From positions 77,376,001 to 77,440,000 of the forward strand of contig OZ024745.1 in the NCBI GenBank assembly GCA_964016885.1: a stretch of 64,000 bases of DNA, written 5' to 3'. Under the pieces are notes generated by a model, which was given only the letters and a program-made list of their open reading frames with translations, was not told the origin of the DNA and ran no database searches. Positions 49,401-62,730 of the stretch are shown in pieces; the first letter of the stretch is position 1, and every line of letters begins with the position of its first letter. This DNA is from Eledone cirrhosa. Lineage: Eukaryota. The position numbers and the translations under genes were made by a program.

Positions 49401-52400
49401 TAAAAGTAGACACCATAGTATTGATTTTACGATATTAACTGGTAAATAACGTACTCAAATATGTGTTTTCAGATAGTAGATGAAAGAATTATGATTCAGA
49501 GATCAGCCATGCATAGAAACTGTTGCTGTGTTGTTGAAGCTTTTTTTTTAATAGATCTCCCCTCACTGTTGAGTGGTTAGATTAGAGGTAGAGCTCATGA
49601 AATCTGTAGTATGTAGTTCCTATGAGAAATGTTTCTGGTAATACTAAGACTGATATGAGATTGCTTGTGTATTCAGTCTATCTAATTGGGTACTTTTTGA
49701 TAACAATCTGCATTTAGGTGGAATTTAATTTTCAGTCTTTCAAGAGTGCAATGATCAAGTTGTCTTATGATCAAAGACATTCCAACTATGCCCAACACAT
49801 ATTTTATTCAAACAGTATAGCTAAGTTTACAATGTCTAATGTCTTACAATTTTTAAAATACAGAAGCCTGTTATTTGAAAGAGATTTGACTGCTATTTCT
49901 AGTAGGTTGAGCAGACATGTAGAGACTCCCTTCATAAGCAAGAGATGATTGATAGTGTTTAGCCTAAATTTAGTCCTTATTGACCAAATGTATGATCAAA
50001 AGGCAATCTAGCCATGACAATCTCATATTTTAATTTTCTCTACATATAAAGTACCTAGGATTACATTATCAAATGTGCTTTTACTTTATTAAGGGTATAA
50101 TTTGAGATATTTAGTTGGTGTTTCAGGCAGATTGATCGATCCCAGGGAGGTTCCTTTGTTGGCCAGAAAAAGCAAGTTGTTGGAGGAGGTGGTGAAAGGG
50201 AAAAATATGGACTAGTTAATAGTAGTGAGAGAAGAAAATAAAAGAGGTGTGGGAAAATGTTGTTGAAGTAAAATGTAGGGTAGTTAAATATTTCAAGGCT
50301 CATAGTCTAGTTTTAGATCTCCCTTAGAAATTATTTATATTTACTATAATGTCTTTGGAAAGCATGGACATTACTTATTTTCTTTTTCTCTTATTTTAAC
50401 AATTCTTTACTTCATTCTTAGTTAAAAAATAATGATTTCTACTATAGGCACAAGCCCATCAACTTGAGGGGAGGGGAAAGTTGATTAAATTGGACCCAGT
50501 GCATTACTGGTGCTTTATTTTATCAACCCTGTAAGGATGAAAGGCAAAGCTAACATTGGTGGGATTTGAGCTCAGAATGTAAAGGGCCGTAACTCTGTGT
50601 CGTATTGCATGGTGTCCAATGCTCTACTAATACTGCCAATCCACCATTGATTTCTTTTGAATAGATAAACTAGGTCAGTGTATCAGTGTAAAAATATGAA
50701 ATGTAAAGAGGATGCTAGTATGATTTTGATCTCAAGCTCGAGGAGCCAAACTTTAACCCTTTAGCATTTACATTACTCTATATTTACTACTGCCTTTTCA
50801 TGGTAAACACTTTATTTCACATAATTATCTCACATAATATTGAATCTATGAGATTTTGATATTATTTATTTTGAGAACAATAGCTTAACTTATAAATAGC
50901 AGCTGGTTATGGCCAGTTTGAACAGAAAGAGGTGAGAGAATTCTGGCCAGATACGGCCGGTTAAAATGCTAAAGTGTTAATACTTTTAGTCTGATTTCTG
51001 CTGTTGCTACCAACTCTATCACCTTCTGTGCACAAAAGTCTTATATTTTAGGAAATGGTAGAATATGAAGTGTGGTGTTCACAGCCTACTATCTTGAAAA
51101 ACAAATGGACATATTGCATAATGAAGTCAAAGATAATGTCTGAAATAAAAGATGGGATTTTCATGGCTGAAATACCTTTGATCATAGACCTACTAAGAAA
51201 CCTGACTTAGGGCTAAATATCAAAAACAGCTGGAAGTGTATTATATTGATCTTAGAAGGATGAAAAGTACAATCCATCCTGACTGCATTTGTATCCAAAC
51301 CAGAGAAGCAATGAACTAGTTACAAATACTTTGTTATTTTTATCCCCTTTAAGGACTAAATGTCTCACAGTATTTAGCTAGCATCATACTATTATATTTT
51401 CAATTTAAATCTTACTAAACATGACTTTACCGTTCATCTGTCCATGATTTATAAAACAACTACTGTATACTGGGATGAAATCAATTATCTACTTTTTATT
51501 CTCTTAAAAATTAACCTTGTGCCTTTATAAGAAGTCATTAACATCATCATTATCTTCATCACTGTCATCATCATCATTATTATCATCTTTTTAGAAGGTT
51601 TATTATAGTTTATTTCGAGCTGATTAGTTTGGAGTCATCTTGGTGTATTTCATACAATAGCTTTTCAAGAACATAATAGAAGCTGCATCGGTTGTGCAAC
51701 ATTCTGTTTTTGTTGCTACAATTCATTGTTGCCCATTTGGAATAATGCCATTTTCTATATCTAGAATATCCAGTTTTTCTTTAATGTATCACTCAAACTT
51801 CTTTGTGACAGTAGGCAGTGACTAGTATTAGCTCATGAAGGCTGTGCTGATAGTGATACTACACTCTATTTAGTTGCTAATTGTGGAATATTAGCTAGAA
51901 GTTAACTCTAGGCCTCTAGTTTGGTAGTGGTAGTAAGCCTTTCAATAGAGGCTACTTATCAGTGGAGAGCTAGGTGAAACACGTTGGTATTGGAATAGTA
52001 AGATACAAATGAACCAGTAAAAAAATTGTCAGTTCATATTCTACCATCAACATGTTATGATGGTTTAGTTCAGGTCAAAATGCTATCCTTTTATATATTC
52101 ATGACTATTTTTTAAAGTGTCCTTCATGTTTTAAGATGGTAGAGTGTAATTTGAAGGGAATTTGACTACTATTTCCAGCAAAAGACAGCATAGAGGTTCT
52201 ATCATTGACCAGTGCTTTGTGGTTTAGACAAATGAAATTAATAATCAGTGGAAAGATTTGCATATATCTTACTAACCATGACGAATTGGTATAGCTGAAC
52301 ACAATATACAAGATAAACACTGAACAATTGATTCCCTTACAGTTTGATGTCAACTCTTCTTGTGGGACTAAACAAGGCAATGAGAAACTATTCCTGAGAA

Positions 52401-53074
52401 TATCTACATTAACACTGAATCTTCAGGTGTGACCTAACAATAGGTTGTAGAAGAAAGAAAAGCAAATAGACCAGGTAATACTGGGCTATTATGAATCTTG
52501 TTTGAAACTAGTATGAGGTACTAGGTAGAGAATGGCAGAAGGTCTTAAACTAGGAGGATAGTAATGGCATCCTGTGCAACACCTCATAGTTAAGTACAAG
52601 TTGTAGGGTGATAGTGATGTATTTGCTTCAATATGTCTTCTTTATTGCCCTCTAGAGTAACACTTTCTGTATTCTATTTGCTGGGACCATGAGGTGATAT
52701 ATGTCTGTAGTTCTGCACATCAGAGAAGCAGAGTGAACAGGGAGTGAAGAGGGGGCATGAAGAACTTTGATTGAGTGGTTCATGATATTACTGTTGGTCA
52801 CTACATGCATACATACATTTACTTATTTCTAGGTGCTACTGAAACAGAATTCTCAATACTAGTGGTGAGATACTAGGTAGCATAGTATGCTGGGTTATGT
52901 TTTGTAATGGGTTAAAGGACAATTATGATACTTGATACTCAGTCACTAGTTATGGGCTAACAGTAGAATTTTTATGTAACACGCCATAAGGGAACACTTG
53001 ATAGAAGGCATAGTAGATAAGAGGCTAATAAAAGAATATTTGATATAGGCTGAGAATAAAGTAGGTCCTATACA

Positions 53075-53665
53075 ACAACCTACAACATTGAGCACAGAGG
53101 AGCTCTTAAACATTGCCCAAAGTTGCACCAAAAGAAGGCTATGGTGACTGTTTGGTTGTCGACAGTCAGATTTATCCACTACAGCTTTCTGAATCCCAGC
53201 AGACAATTACAACAGAGAAGTATTGTCTTGAAATCAGTAAAATGCATAACAAATTGCAGCATATGTCTAGCATTCGTCAATAGAAAAGATCCAGCCCTCT
53301 TGCATGACAATGCTCAACTACACATCTTACAACCAATGTTTCAGAAATTGAACAAATTGGACTATAAAATTCTGCCTCATAAAGCATACTCGCTAGATCT
53401 TTCACCAACTGACTACCACATTTTCAAGCATTTCGACAATTTCTTGTGAGGAAAACTCTTCAACAACCAAAATTGCCTTTGAAGAATTCATTGCCCTCAG
53501 AACTTCAGAATTCTATATTATCAGAATAAATAACGTTTATCTTTGGCAAAAATGTGTAAGCTCTAATGTTTTTTTATTTTGATCTATAAAGTATATTTTG
53601 TACTGGGACATGTCACTTTAAAGTTAATGTTTAAAAACAAACATTGATTTTTTAACAACCTGATA
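53075..53665 (+). mobile_element. Mariner (DD34D) transposase 3' remnant
   Basis: LLHDNAQLH...LPHKAYSLDLSPTDYHIFKHFDNFL; TIR-like end ACAACCTGATA near 53663. Confidence 0.9.
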
Positions 53666-56117
53666 GTATAAACTCATGAAACGTTATCAAAAGATAGATG
53701 AATAATTAGAAATCAGGAACAAAAGAATCCCAGTCTCCAGTTGGTAATGGCTGCTATTTTATTTGCTTATTTTTGATATTATAGAATGATCACAGTAAAA
53801 TTGATTGTTACATTGATTGATACCAGGGTTAATGGAGTGCAGGTTAGACAAAAATGCAGTTTACTCAGCTTCGAAAGGTTGTTAGCTGAGCACAGGGTTA
53901 TTCTGAAAAATGCAAGACAGATGATGGTAGCTGCTGTTATAAATCAAATGTTTCAGTATTGATATTCATCTGGGCACAAGTCTGAGATGAATGAAGAAGT
54001 AGGATATGACTAAGTTGACTTGGTCTAGATGGTGTTTCAACACCTGTCTGTGGGAAACAATGAACAGAAAAATCAGTAGTGGCAGTAGAAGTTGTTTGTG
54101 CTTTAGTTGTTATAGTATTGTTCTCAGCTACTTTACACAGCACAAATAATATAGATTATTTAGATTATTATTGTCAGAAATCAATAAATAATAACAACCT
54201 TGTCTTAATGCATTTGCTATGCACACTGTATCCTTTAATTCATAAATATATATATATATCTCTGTGTGTGTGTCTACACACACATATATATATATATATA
54301 TATATTTATATTTATCTGTGTGTATGTGTCTTCATATATAATGGTGAAATAACATTTCTCAGGATAACAATATGTAATACAAGTAAAGGAATTAGAAAGA
54401 ACTTGACGAACAAGGGAGCATATATATAACCAGCTAATGTAACAAAGAAAATATTAAGTTAGTATCAATAAAACACCTTCTTTTAACCTTCAGTTAAAGG
54501 TTTATTCAGTGTATTTTAATTTAATAGGCTTTTGTGTATGTATAGCAGTGGAGTGATTTTTCATCAATAGATAGATAGTGCTAATGCATAGCTATCTCTT
54601 TCTCACTTTCTCTTTATATATCTTTATACATCTAGGTTTAGGGCGAGTGATTTATAATTGAGAGTGTGAATGTAATATCGTGACATTCATCTCTTTCCTA
54701 AAGGACATTAGTGATGTAAGCAAAATGGCCACAACTAATGGAGGTGAGGAAGTATCAAGTCGTGCTTTATATTTTTGTTTAGTAGTATTTTATTTTTAGT
54801 TATCTTCATTATCCTCCACATCATCTTTTTACTATCTTATTATCATCAACACTATTATTTCTGTTGTTCTTTGAAAATGGCCTGGTCCACAGACCAGAGC
54901 TTTCCAAAGTGTTTGCATTGGTGACTTACATATTGAAAATGTTAAAAATAAAAATCTTTGTGACACATTAAGTTCTGTTAGTGACATGAGTTGTCAAATC
55001 TCAAATCTACTTCGTAACTAAATATTCATAAAAATTCATCAAATTTGACTTCATTTTGTGACATGTCCAGAGATTATCAATGACACACTTAAATGCCGCA
55101 ACACAATTTGGAAGTTTCTACAATAGGGTGTCTTTCAAAATGTATTAAAATATTATTTTAGGACTTCTATAGTTTGAGTTCAAATCCTTCTGCCACCAAT
55201 TTTCTTTTCCATTTCTCCTTGGCTGATGAAATAAATGTACCAATGAAATATTGCAAAACCATTTAAAAATTGATTTTGTATCTAATCAGTAAAACTTATT
55301 TGGCAGAATTATTACTACTAGCGCAGCTTATTATACTTCTAATAGTATTTATGTTCTATTTTTCTACATTCTGAGTGCAGATACTGCTGGGATCAGCTTT
55401 GGATTTTAGCCATCTGCGATTAATAAAATAAATCATGTAGTATAGTTAATTCAGCCAATTATATTGAAAATTTGTATCCTTGTGTCAGGATCATTATTAG
55501 AAAAAGTAGGTAAGTTGGGAAAATGATGATGGACTAGACAAAATACTTTGCTACATCTGATATTGAGTCAGACATTTGTAAATTCAAGTGTTTCTATTAC
55601 TGATTTTGTTTGCTGTTATTTTTCATGAAGATGATAAAATAACTTCTAGTTGTATACTGCAGTTGATTTAATTAACTCTACTATCACCTCCATTAAAAAA
55701 GGCAAATAATAATGCATTATCTATAAACCTAGGTTTAGTTTCAAGTGAGGGCTATTTTACTTCACTTACAGCTTCCTATAGCTTGAAAATTCTCAGATAT
55801 CTGTGTGCATGCATCTCTCCCTCATACTTATACATTTATTATATAAGACACATATTGCTTGATAGTTGTTAAATAATGCCAAACCACTCTGTTCCTTCGG
55901 TCCCTGTCAAATTAATTGTACTCTTTTTTAACAATTTTTTGGTAGAAAGAATGGGAGGAAGAAACTATTCAAATTAGAAAATATAGCTGATTTGAATTGT
56001 CAGAAAAGATTTGATAGTGGTAATTTGATTACAAATTCAGCTAAAAACACATAAAAACTCTTACTGTCTTGTCCTGGTGTAAAAAGATAGTGTCAGGTTA
56101 TGATTTACTTATATATA

Positions 56118-56206
56118 CAGGGTGTCCTCCCAAAATGTATACACACTTTGATGACCTGTACAGGCAGTATTTATTAGAATGGTGTATACATTTTTTTGAC
56201 ACCCTA
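56118..56206. mobile_element. Very small Tc1/mariner-type MITE
   Basis: TA|CAGGGTGTC...AAAATGTATACAC...GTGTATACATTTT...GACACCCTA|TA. Confidence 0.7.
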
Positions 56207-57811
56207 TATATTACTTATTCAATGAGGTAGTACTTATTTTCTGTTTCTATAGTGTTGAGCAGATCATAGATAAATCTTATTGGATGCCAATCTATCACTG
56301 CTGATATTCCCAGTAGGTGAAATTCAACTTAAAACTACAAACTAATGAATCACTAATCAATTTCACAATATTTACAGCAGTGACATATACAACTTTGTAG
56401 TAATACAAAAGCATGAGGCATAAGTGAAACATGGTGTCTCCAGTAAAGAACTGAAACAGGACTGTATGCTGATTTAACTTTTGTTAGTTTTACCACCATC
56501 ACCACTAGTTAAAAATGTCTCTAACCTTTGAAATTATACCATTTTATTTTGTTTATTTCCCTTGATACTAATAATATCAAATATAAATGAGTACTTCACA
56601 AGATTGGTTAATAGTTTAATTTTCATTCATTAAAGATTATTTGAATTCTTTTATCTATAAAGCTTTAAATTATTTTTAGGTATTGATTTTTTTTCTTTTT
56701 ACATTTTAGCAGAATTTGTATGAGCATAGTTGACTAAGTTGGCTTTAGTAGTATCACATTGCCTCAATTTATAAAATTAATATGTGTTACTGTTTTTATT
56801 TTGTTATTTACATGGTTTTTATGGAGATGCATTCTTTTAATTATTGAAAGAAATATACACTTATTTAAAATGCAGTAGACTTATATGGAAAATTCTATGA
56901 ATAAAATTATGTGCAATTCAATATATATGTGTGTGTGTATAGTATATGTATGGTAATATTGGGGTTTTCCAATATAGATCCTGGTAAAGATGAGAGAAGC
57001 TCTATGCTATCCAGTTTCCTTGATACAGCAGTAATTTAAAATCGGCTAAGGATGCTCTCAGGCGTTGTAGATTCTGTAGTAGACTGTTAGGCTACAGGCT
57101 GCAGAACTCAACATTTATAAATGGAGAGAGAATAACCAAGTTATACTTAACTTGGTTATTCTCTCTCCATTTATATATACATATTTACTCAGCTGTAGAA
57201 ATGAGATGATAGGTACTGGGGTCCATATCATTCCACTGCAAAGTGGTCGTGGAGGTGCCACGGAAAAAAAAGCACCCACCACTCACTGTAAATGAGGTTG
57301 GTGTTAGGAAGGGCATCCAGCTGTAAAAATCAAGCCAGAATCACTTCCCGTCCCACCCTTGCAAGCAGGAAAAAGCGGACGTAAATTGATGATGATGATA
57401 TATATATCATCATCATCACCGTTTTACGTCCGTTCTTCCACGCTAGCATGGGTTAGACGGGTTGTCCTGTTGTGGGCAGTGTCTGATCGGCTGACCATGC
57501 CTTGCTCATACAGGAACTGATTTGGCTTGATTTCTACAGCTGGATGCCCTTCCTAACACCAACCTCATTTACAGTGAGTGCTGGGTGCTTGTTCGTGGCG
57601 CCTACACGTCCACTTTACAGTGTGGGCTGGGTGCTTTTTTGCCGTGGCACCTCCACAACCACTTTGCAGTGGGTGTGTGTGGGGGCATATTGTCTATATG
57701 CTTCAGCTTGTACCCATGGTGACATGATTATCCCCAAATATAACAATATATATATATGCCAGATTGGAAAAATGGATGTTAAACAGTGATGATGATGATT
57801 ATATAGAAATT

Positions 57812-57869
57812 ACTTCTACAGGACTAGAACTGTTTCATAAAATTTCATATATGAAATCATCAGGAATGT
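57812..57869 (-). ncRNA. Type I hammerhead-like motif, same family as 46390-46441
   Basis: ACATTC-CTGATGA-TTTCAT at ATGAAA ttttat-GAAA-CAG ttctagtc CTG-TA-GAAGT. Confidence 0.55.
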
Positions 57870-58284
57870 CAGATAAATTTGATCAGATTCATTATTTATA
57901 GGTTTCTTTTGGATAGATGTTGAGAGAGAGGAGTATGGAGAAAGAACAAGGGACAGAGGTAATTGGAGGGGGTGGGTGAAGTGGAGGAGAATTTGAAGGC
58001 AATGGATTAAGGTTTAAAAAGAAGAAAAGAGAAATATATATATATATTAATAATAATTGTTTCTACTTATGGCACAAGGCCAGCAATTATCCTAGTGTAT
58101 TACTGGTACTTTATTTTATCAACCCCGTAAGTATGAAAGGCAAAGTTAACCTTGGCGGGATTTGAACTCAGACCATAAAGAGCCGTAACTCTTTGCTGCA
58201 AAGCATGGCGTCTGACCCTCTTCTGATACTGCCAATCCACCGCACTATATATATATTAATAATAATAATAACAATAATAGTAAT

Positions 58285-59100
58285 AATCCTGACAATGATT
58301 TTGAGAAATGCTAAGGCTAGGTGTGAATTCAAAAGTCACCAGCAAAAAAATCAACCACTTATTATTCATGGATGACCTCAAGCTTTATGGTAAGAATGAA
58401 TCCCAGCTTGGCTCCCTCGTTGTTACAGTCTATACATTTAGTGCTGACATCAGAATGGAGTTTGGATTAAAAAACTGAAGTGTATTAATCTTGAACAGAG
58501 GCAAAATTAAAAGCATTGAGGTGTTGGTGCTGCCATTAAGAAAGGTTATGAAGTAAATAGAAGAGGGAGGTTATAAATACTTAGGGATATAGAAAGTTGA
58601 TAGGATAATGCAGGAAGAAATGTCAACAAATTTTAATGTTGAATACAATCGCAGATTGAGACTTATTCTTAAGTCAAAACTGAATGGACGGTATAAGATG
58701 GAACCTATCAATACATGGGTGGCATCTTCTTAGATATGGGGCGGAGTGATCACATGGACAGTGGAAGGGCTATAAACAGTTTAGACCGAAAAGACAAAAA
58801 AAAGATATTGACTAGATATGGAGTATTTCACCCAAAGTGCAACACAGACAGATTATATGATCCAAGAAAAAAGAGGAGGAAAGGACAGATGGGATGTGAA
58901 GACAGCATTAGAACAGAAGAAAATAACATGGTGTGGTACATAAAAAATTCCCCAGAACTGCTGTTGTTGGAAGTAAGAAGGTCAGGGATGTGCAAAATAG
59001 AAGATTGCAAAGAAAAAACACAGTACAAACGTTTGAAGATGGATGTAACTGATAGTAGATGGACAGAAAAAAGTATGTATGGACAATCATATAACAAACT
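58285..59100 (+). mobile_element. Degraded R4/Dong-like (RLE-type) non-LTR retrotransposon RT fragment
   Basis: INHLLFMDDLKLYGKNESQL...FSADIRMEFGL, YKYLGI and GVFHPKCNTDRLY. Confidence 0.8.
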
Positions 59101-60364
59101 AGATTTGAAGGTGCCTTTTATTGCTCTCTTAAAGCATTCAATGACCTTTGCTCCTAATAACAACTTAAGACAATATTTATGCTGCTTTATACCCTGGTAC
59201 CTTTTTTCTTCTTTCAAGATTATAGTTTTAGAGGATAGAGAGAGTCCTGAACTCCTGATGAAATCATATGATGTCATCCTCACATAAAGTATCTTGGGTA
59301 TTTTAAATCTGGTGGAACCCATTCTTCAGGCAAAAGACCAGCTGATTTCTCCCAAAGAAAGAGAGAGAGATAGATAGATAGAGAGAGAGAGAGAATTGAC
59401 TCCAGTGTTGGATTGACACTTTATTTATAGATCCTATTTATAAATTTGAGCTCAGAGTGCAGTAAACCTGAACAGATAGGCCTTTTTAATTCAATGCCTT
59501 AATGACTACTAATTCGCTGCCTAGTTTAGTGGATACACATTTCCAAAATAGCTCACACCTATCTACATTAAAATCTATATTTAATAGATATTTACCTCAT
59601 TCCTTTCAATTGTACTGGAAATTCCCTCCTGTATGTCAGCACTTGCTGACTTCCCATGTTATCTAAATCTTATATAGATTAGATGCTTCTTGAACTATTT
59701 AAACCATCCACAAGAAGCATCAAACATTTGAGTGATTTACTCAACTTTTTGTTTCAACTGATTAAATGAACTGAATGCCTTTCGCTGGATAATTATTTGG
59801 GAGATACCATCCACCCAAACACTTTACATTTTCTCCATATTTTCCGTGACTTTACTGCGCATGTGTATGTGAGTGTTACATTTAGCAGCATTAGATTGAT
59901 CTAAATTTTACATGGGAATTTATAGTTTGTCAAATTGATTCATTATGGTTTTTAACCGTTTCATTAACAAGCCATCTGAAACCACCACTGGTTCTATGAC
60001 ACAAAGCTGTTTGTTTTAAAGTGTTTATATTTATCGAAAAACCTTCCACCACAATTTTATGTCAGAACTGTTGTTATGTTTCAAATACCAATTTAAAAAT
60101 GAGAAAGTTAGTTATATAATTAGATCTCTCCAAATTCTTGATTGATTGCAAAGTTATTTAAGAATCCTAAGTAGTGTCTTTCATTTGAAATATGGTAATG
60201 AATGAGTTAATCATTCTGCAAAAATATCTCATCTTATTTATACACTTATTTTATTGATGAACAGATGAATTAAAAGGAAAAGTTTGATCTTAAAGTTTGA
60301 ATTTAGTGATGTCTCAAACACAATATGTAAAACATCCATTGTATCATGACCCTTTAATATATTA

Positions 60365-61129
60365 CTAGCTGAATGGTTCAGCATTGCTCAGGATTCTAAA
60401 CATAGATTGGCATGTTTATCCCTCCTTTCTGAAACAGTTTCGTCGTATGTTCACCAATTGATGCAGAAGTCCTAATAAAAAGTGAAGTCGCCTTGGGTGA
60501 ATAGGCAAATAATTTTCCATTAAGATTTTTCAAAAGCGTTCCCTCTCTTTTTGGTTGTTGTTTTTGCTGCTGTTGAGCCTCGTGAAATAAATACGTTTGT
60601 TTATATTTTGTTATTGTGTATGCAAAAACATCTGTACACGAATATATAATTATATATATTAAAATAACATATTAAAGTTTAAGTGAAGAATCGCTGCTTT
60701 CACCCTTAATGAGATCTTCTGAAACTAAAAAAATCAATTTGTGAACGCAGAAGTAAATATTTCGAAAAACATTACACACTATATATATATGTATATATAT
60801 ACACACACTATATATATACATATATACACACACACACAGATAGCGAAATCAATGTTGTAATGCAGACAGCTAGACATACAGACAGATATTATAAGGGCGT
60901 GACATTATAGCTATGTATCTATCTAAAAAGACAGACTAAGAAAGATAGACAGATCGCTAAACGGTGCCTAATACAGTCCCTAGGCCATTGAAAATTTGAA
61001 ATATTATTTGCTCAAAACACTCACACGACCATTAGTATTACATGTGTAAAGTTTGAAAAACATCGGTTGGGTGGTTCTCGAGTTTTAGGGAATCAGACAG
61101 ACAGACATTCTTTGTTTTAGATATATAGA
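60365..61129 (-). mobile_element. Non-autonomous Helitron
   Basis: Minus strand A|TCTATATATC...(TGTC)n...degraded hairpin...CTAG|T: TC start, CTAG end, AT target, no target-site duplication. Confidence 0.78.
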
Positions 61130-61136
61130 TATTATA

Positions 61137-62730
61137 AACAGTGTTTGACTTAGAAAGCATTAGGAAAATTTGAAATGTGTGCATCCCAATGTAAATGGTC
61201 ATAATAATTGTTTCTACTTTTGGTACAAGGCCAGCAATTATCCCACTACATTACTGGTGCTTTATTTTATTGACCCCCATAAGGATAAAAGGTAAAGTTA
61301 ACCTCGGCGGGATTTGTATTCAGACCGTAAATGGCCGTAACTCTATGCTGCAAAGCATGGCGTGTGGCCCTCTACTGATACTGCCAATCCACCGCATATG
61401 GTCATAATAATAGTAGTTAATTACTATAAATGATATTTGAGGAAAATGCATAAAAATGTGGATAGAGGCAGCTGCAAGGAATAGAACCATATAGCTCTTG
61501 GATGCCAGGTGAGTACATTATTATGCTAAAGAGCTGCTAGCCACTGATTTCCATCTATGTAGAAGATTTTAAGCCTGTAGCTAGAAGTATAAACAATAAC
61601 TGACTTAAGCATTGAAAAAATTTGAAATGTGTGCATCCTCATGCAAATAACTATTACATCTCTAGGAATATTTTTTGCAACTATTATTTATAGTGTTTGA
61701 CTATTTTTTTTATGGTCATTTCACATTTTCCCAATACTTCTTAAGTCAACCATTGTTTGCACTTCTTATTACATGCTTAAAATCTTCTAGATAGATAGAA
61801 TTAGTGGCCAGCAGCTCTTTAGCATAGTGGTTGACACACTCACCTAGCATCTGAGTGATGCGGGGTTCGATTCCTTGTAGGCACTACTGTCCACTTTTTT
61901 CTGTCTCCAGGGGTGGTTTACCTGATTTTCTCAACTTTTATTGATAGTGATCAACTAATATTATTATTATGACCATAGGCGGTGAATTGGCAGTATCGGT
62001 AGAGGGTCGGACGCCATGCTTTGACGCATAGAGTTATGGCCCTTGCCATTCTGAGTTCAAATCCCGCCAAGGTTAACGTTGCCTTTCATCCTTATGGGGT
62101 CGATAAAATAAAGTACCAGTAATGTACTGGGTAATTGCTGGCCTTGTGCTAATAGTAGAAACAATTATTATTATGGCTATTTGTGTTAGGATGCACACAT
62201 TTCAAATTTCAGATTTTCTCGGTGCTTCTTAATTCAACCATTATTTAATCTTCTAGCTACAGGCTTAAAATACAGGCTTCTAAATAGATGGAATTAGTGG
62301 CTAGTGGCTCTTTAGTATAATGGTTAACGTACTTGCCTAGCATCCAAGAGATGTAAGATTCTATTCTTTGAAGGTGTCTCTGCCACTTTTTTCTGTCTCC
62401 AGGGGTACTGTACTTGATTTTCTCAACTATTATTTATAGTGATCAACTATTATTATTATGGTTATTTAGGGTGATGGATTGGCAGAATCAGTGGAGCATC
62501 AGAGAAAATGCTTTGCAGTATTTCGTTATGGCTCTTTACATTCTGAGTTCAAATCCTGCCAAGGTTAGCTTTGCCCTTCGTCCTTACAGGGTCGATTAAA
62601 TAAAGCACCAGTAATGCACTGAGGTTGATTTAGTTGACTTTCCCCTTCCCTTCAAATTGCTGGCCTTGTGCCAAATGTAGAAACAATTATTATTATGGTC
62701 TTTTGCATTGGGATGCACAAATTTTAAATA
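61137..62730. repeat. Composite repeat cluster: one inverted and two tandem ~490-bp units, each with a tRNA-like segment and a SINE
   Basis: 61137-61650 is a diverged reverse complement of the units at ~61710-62200 and ~62200-62730. Confidence 0.7.
61813..61900 (+). pseudogene. tRNA(Ala, AGC)-like relic or SINE head with T-run, inside a ~490-bp repeated unit
   Basis: A box TAGCATAGTGGTT, anticodon arm CTCAC-CTAGCAT-CTGAG, B box GGTTCGATTCC, TTTTTT at 61895; acceptor stem is poor. More degraded copies near 62305-62392(+) and 61450-61540(-). Confidence 0.5.

Noticed and set aside
49472-49580. Possible next FAM126 exon (ttttcag|IVDERIMIQ...CCVVEAFFLIDLPSLL)
   Set aside because: Only scattered resemblance to hyccin motifs, in the wrong order, and the frame runs into a stop without a convincing donor.
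61813-61890. Functional tRNA-Ala gene
   Set aside because: Acceptor stem does not pair and the anticodon stem has a C-C mismatch; kept only as a relic.
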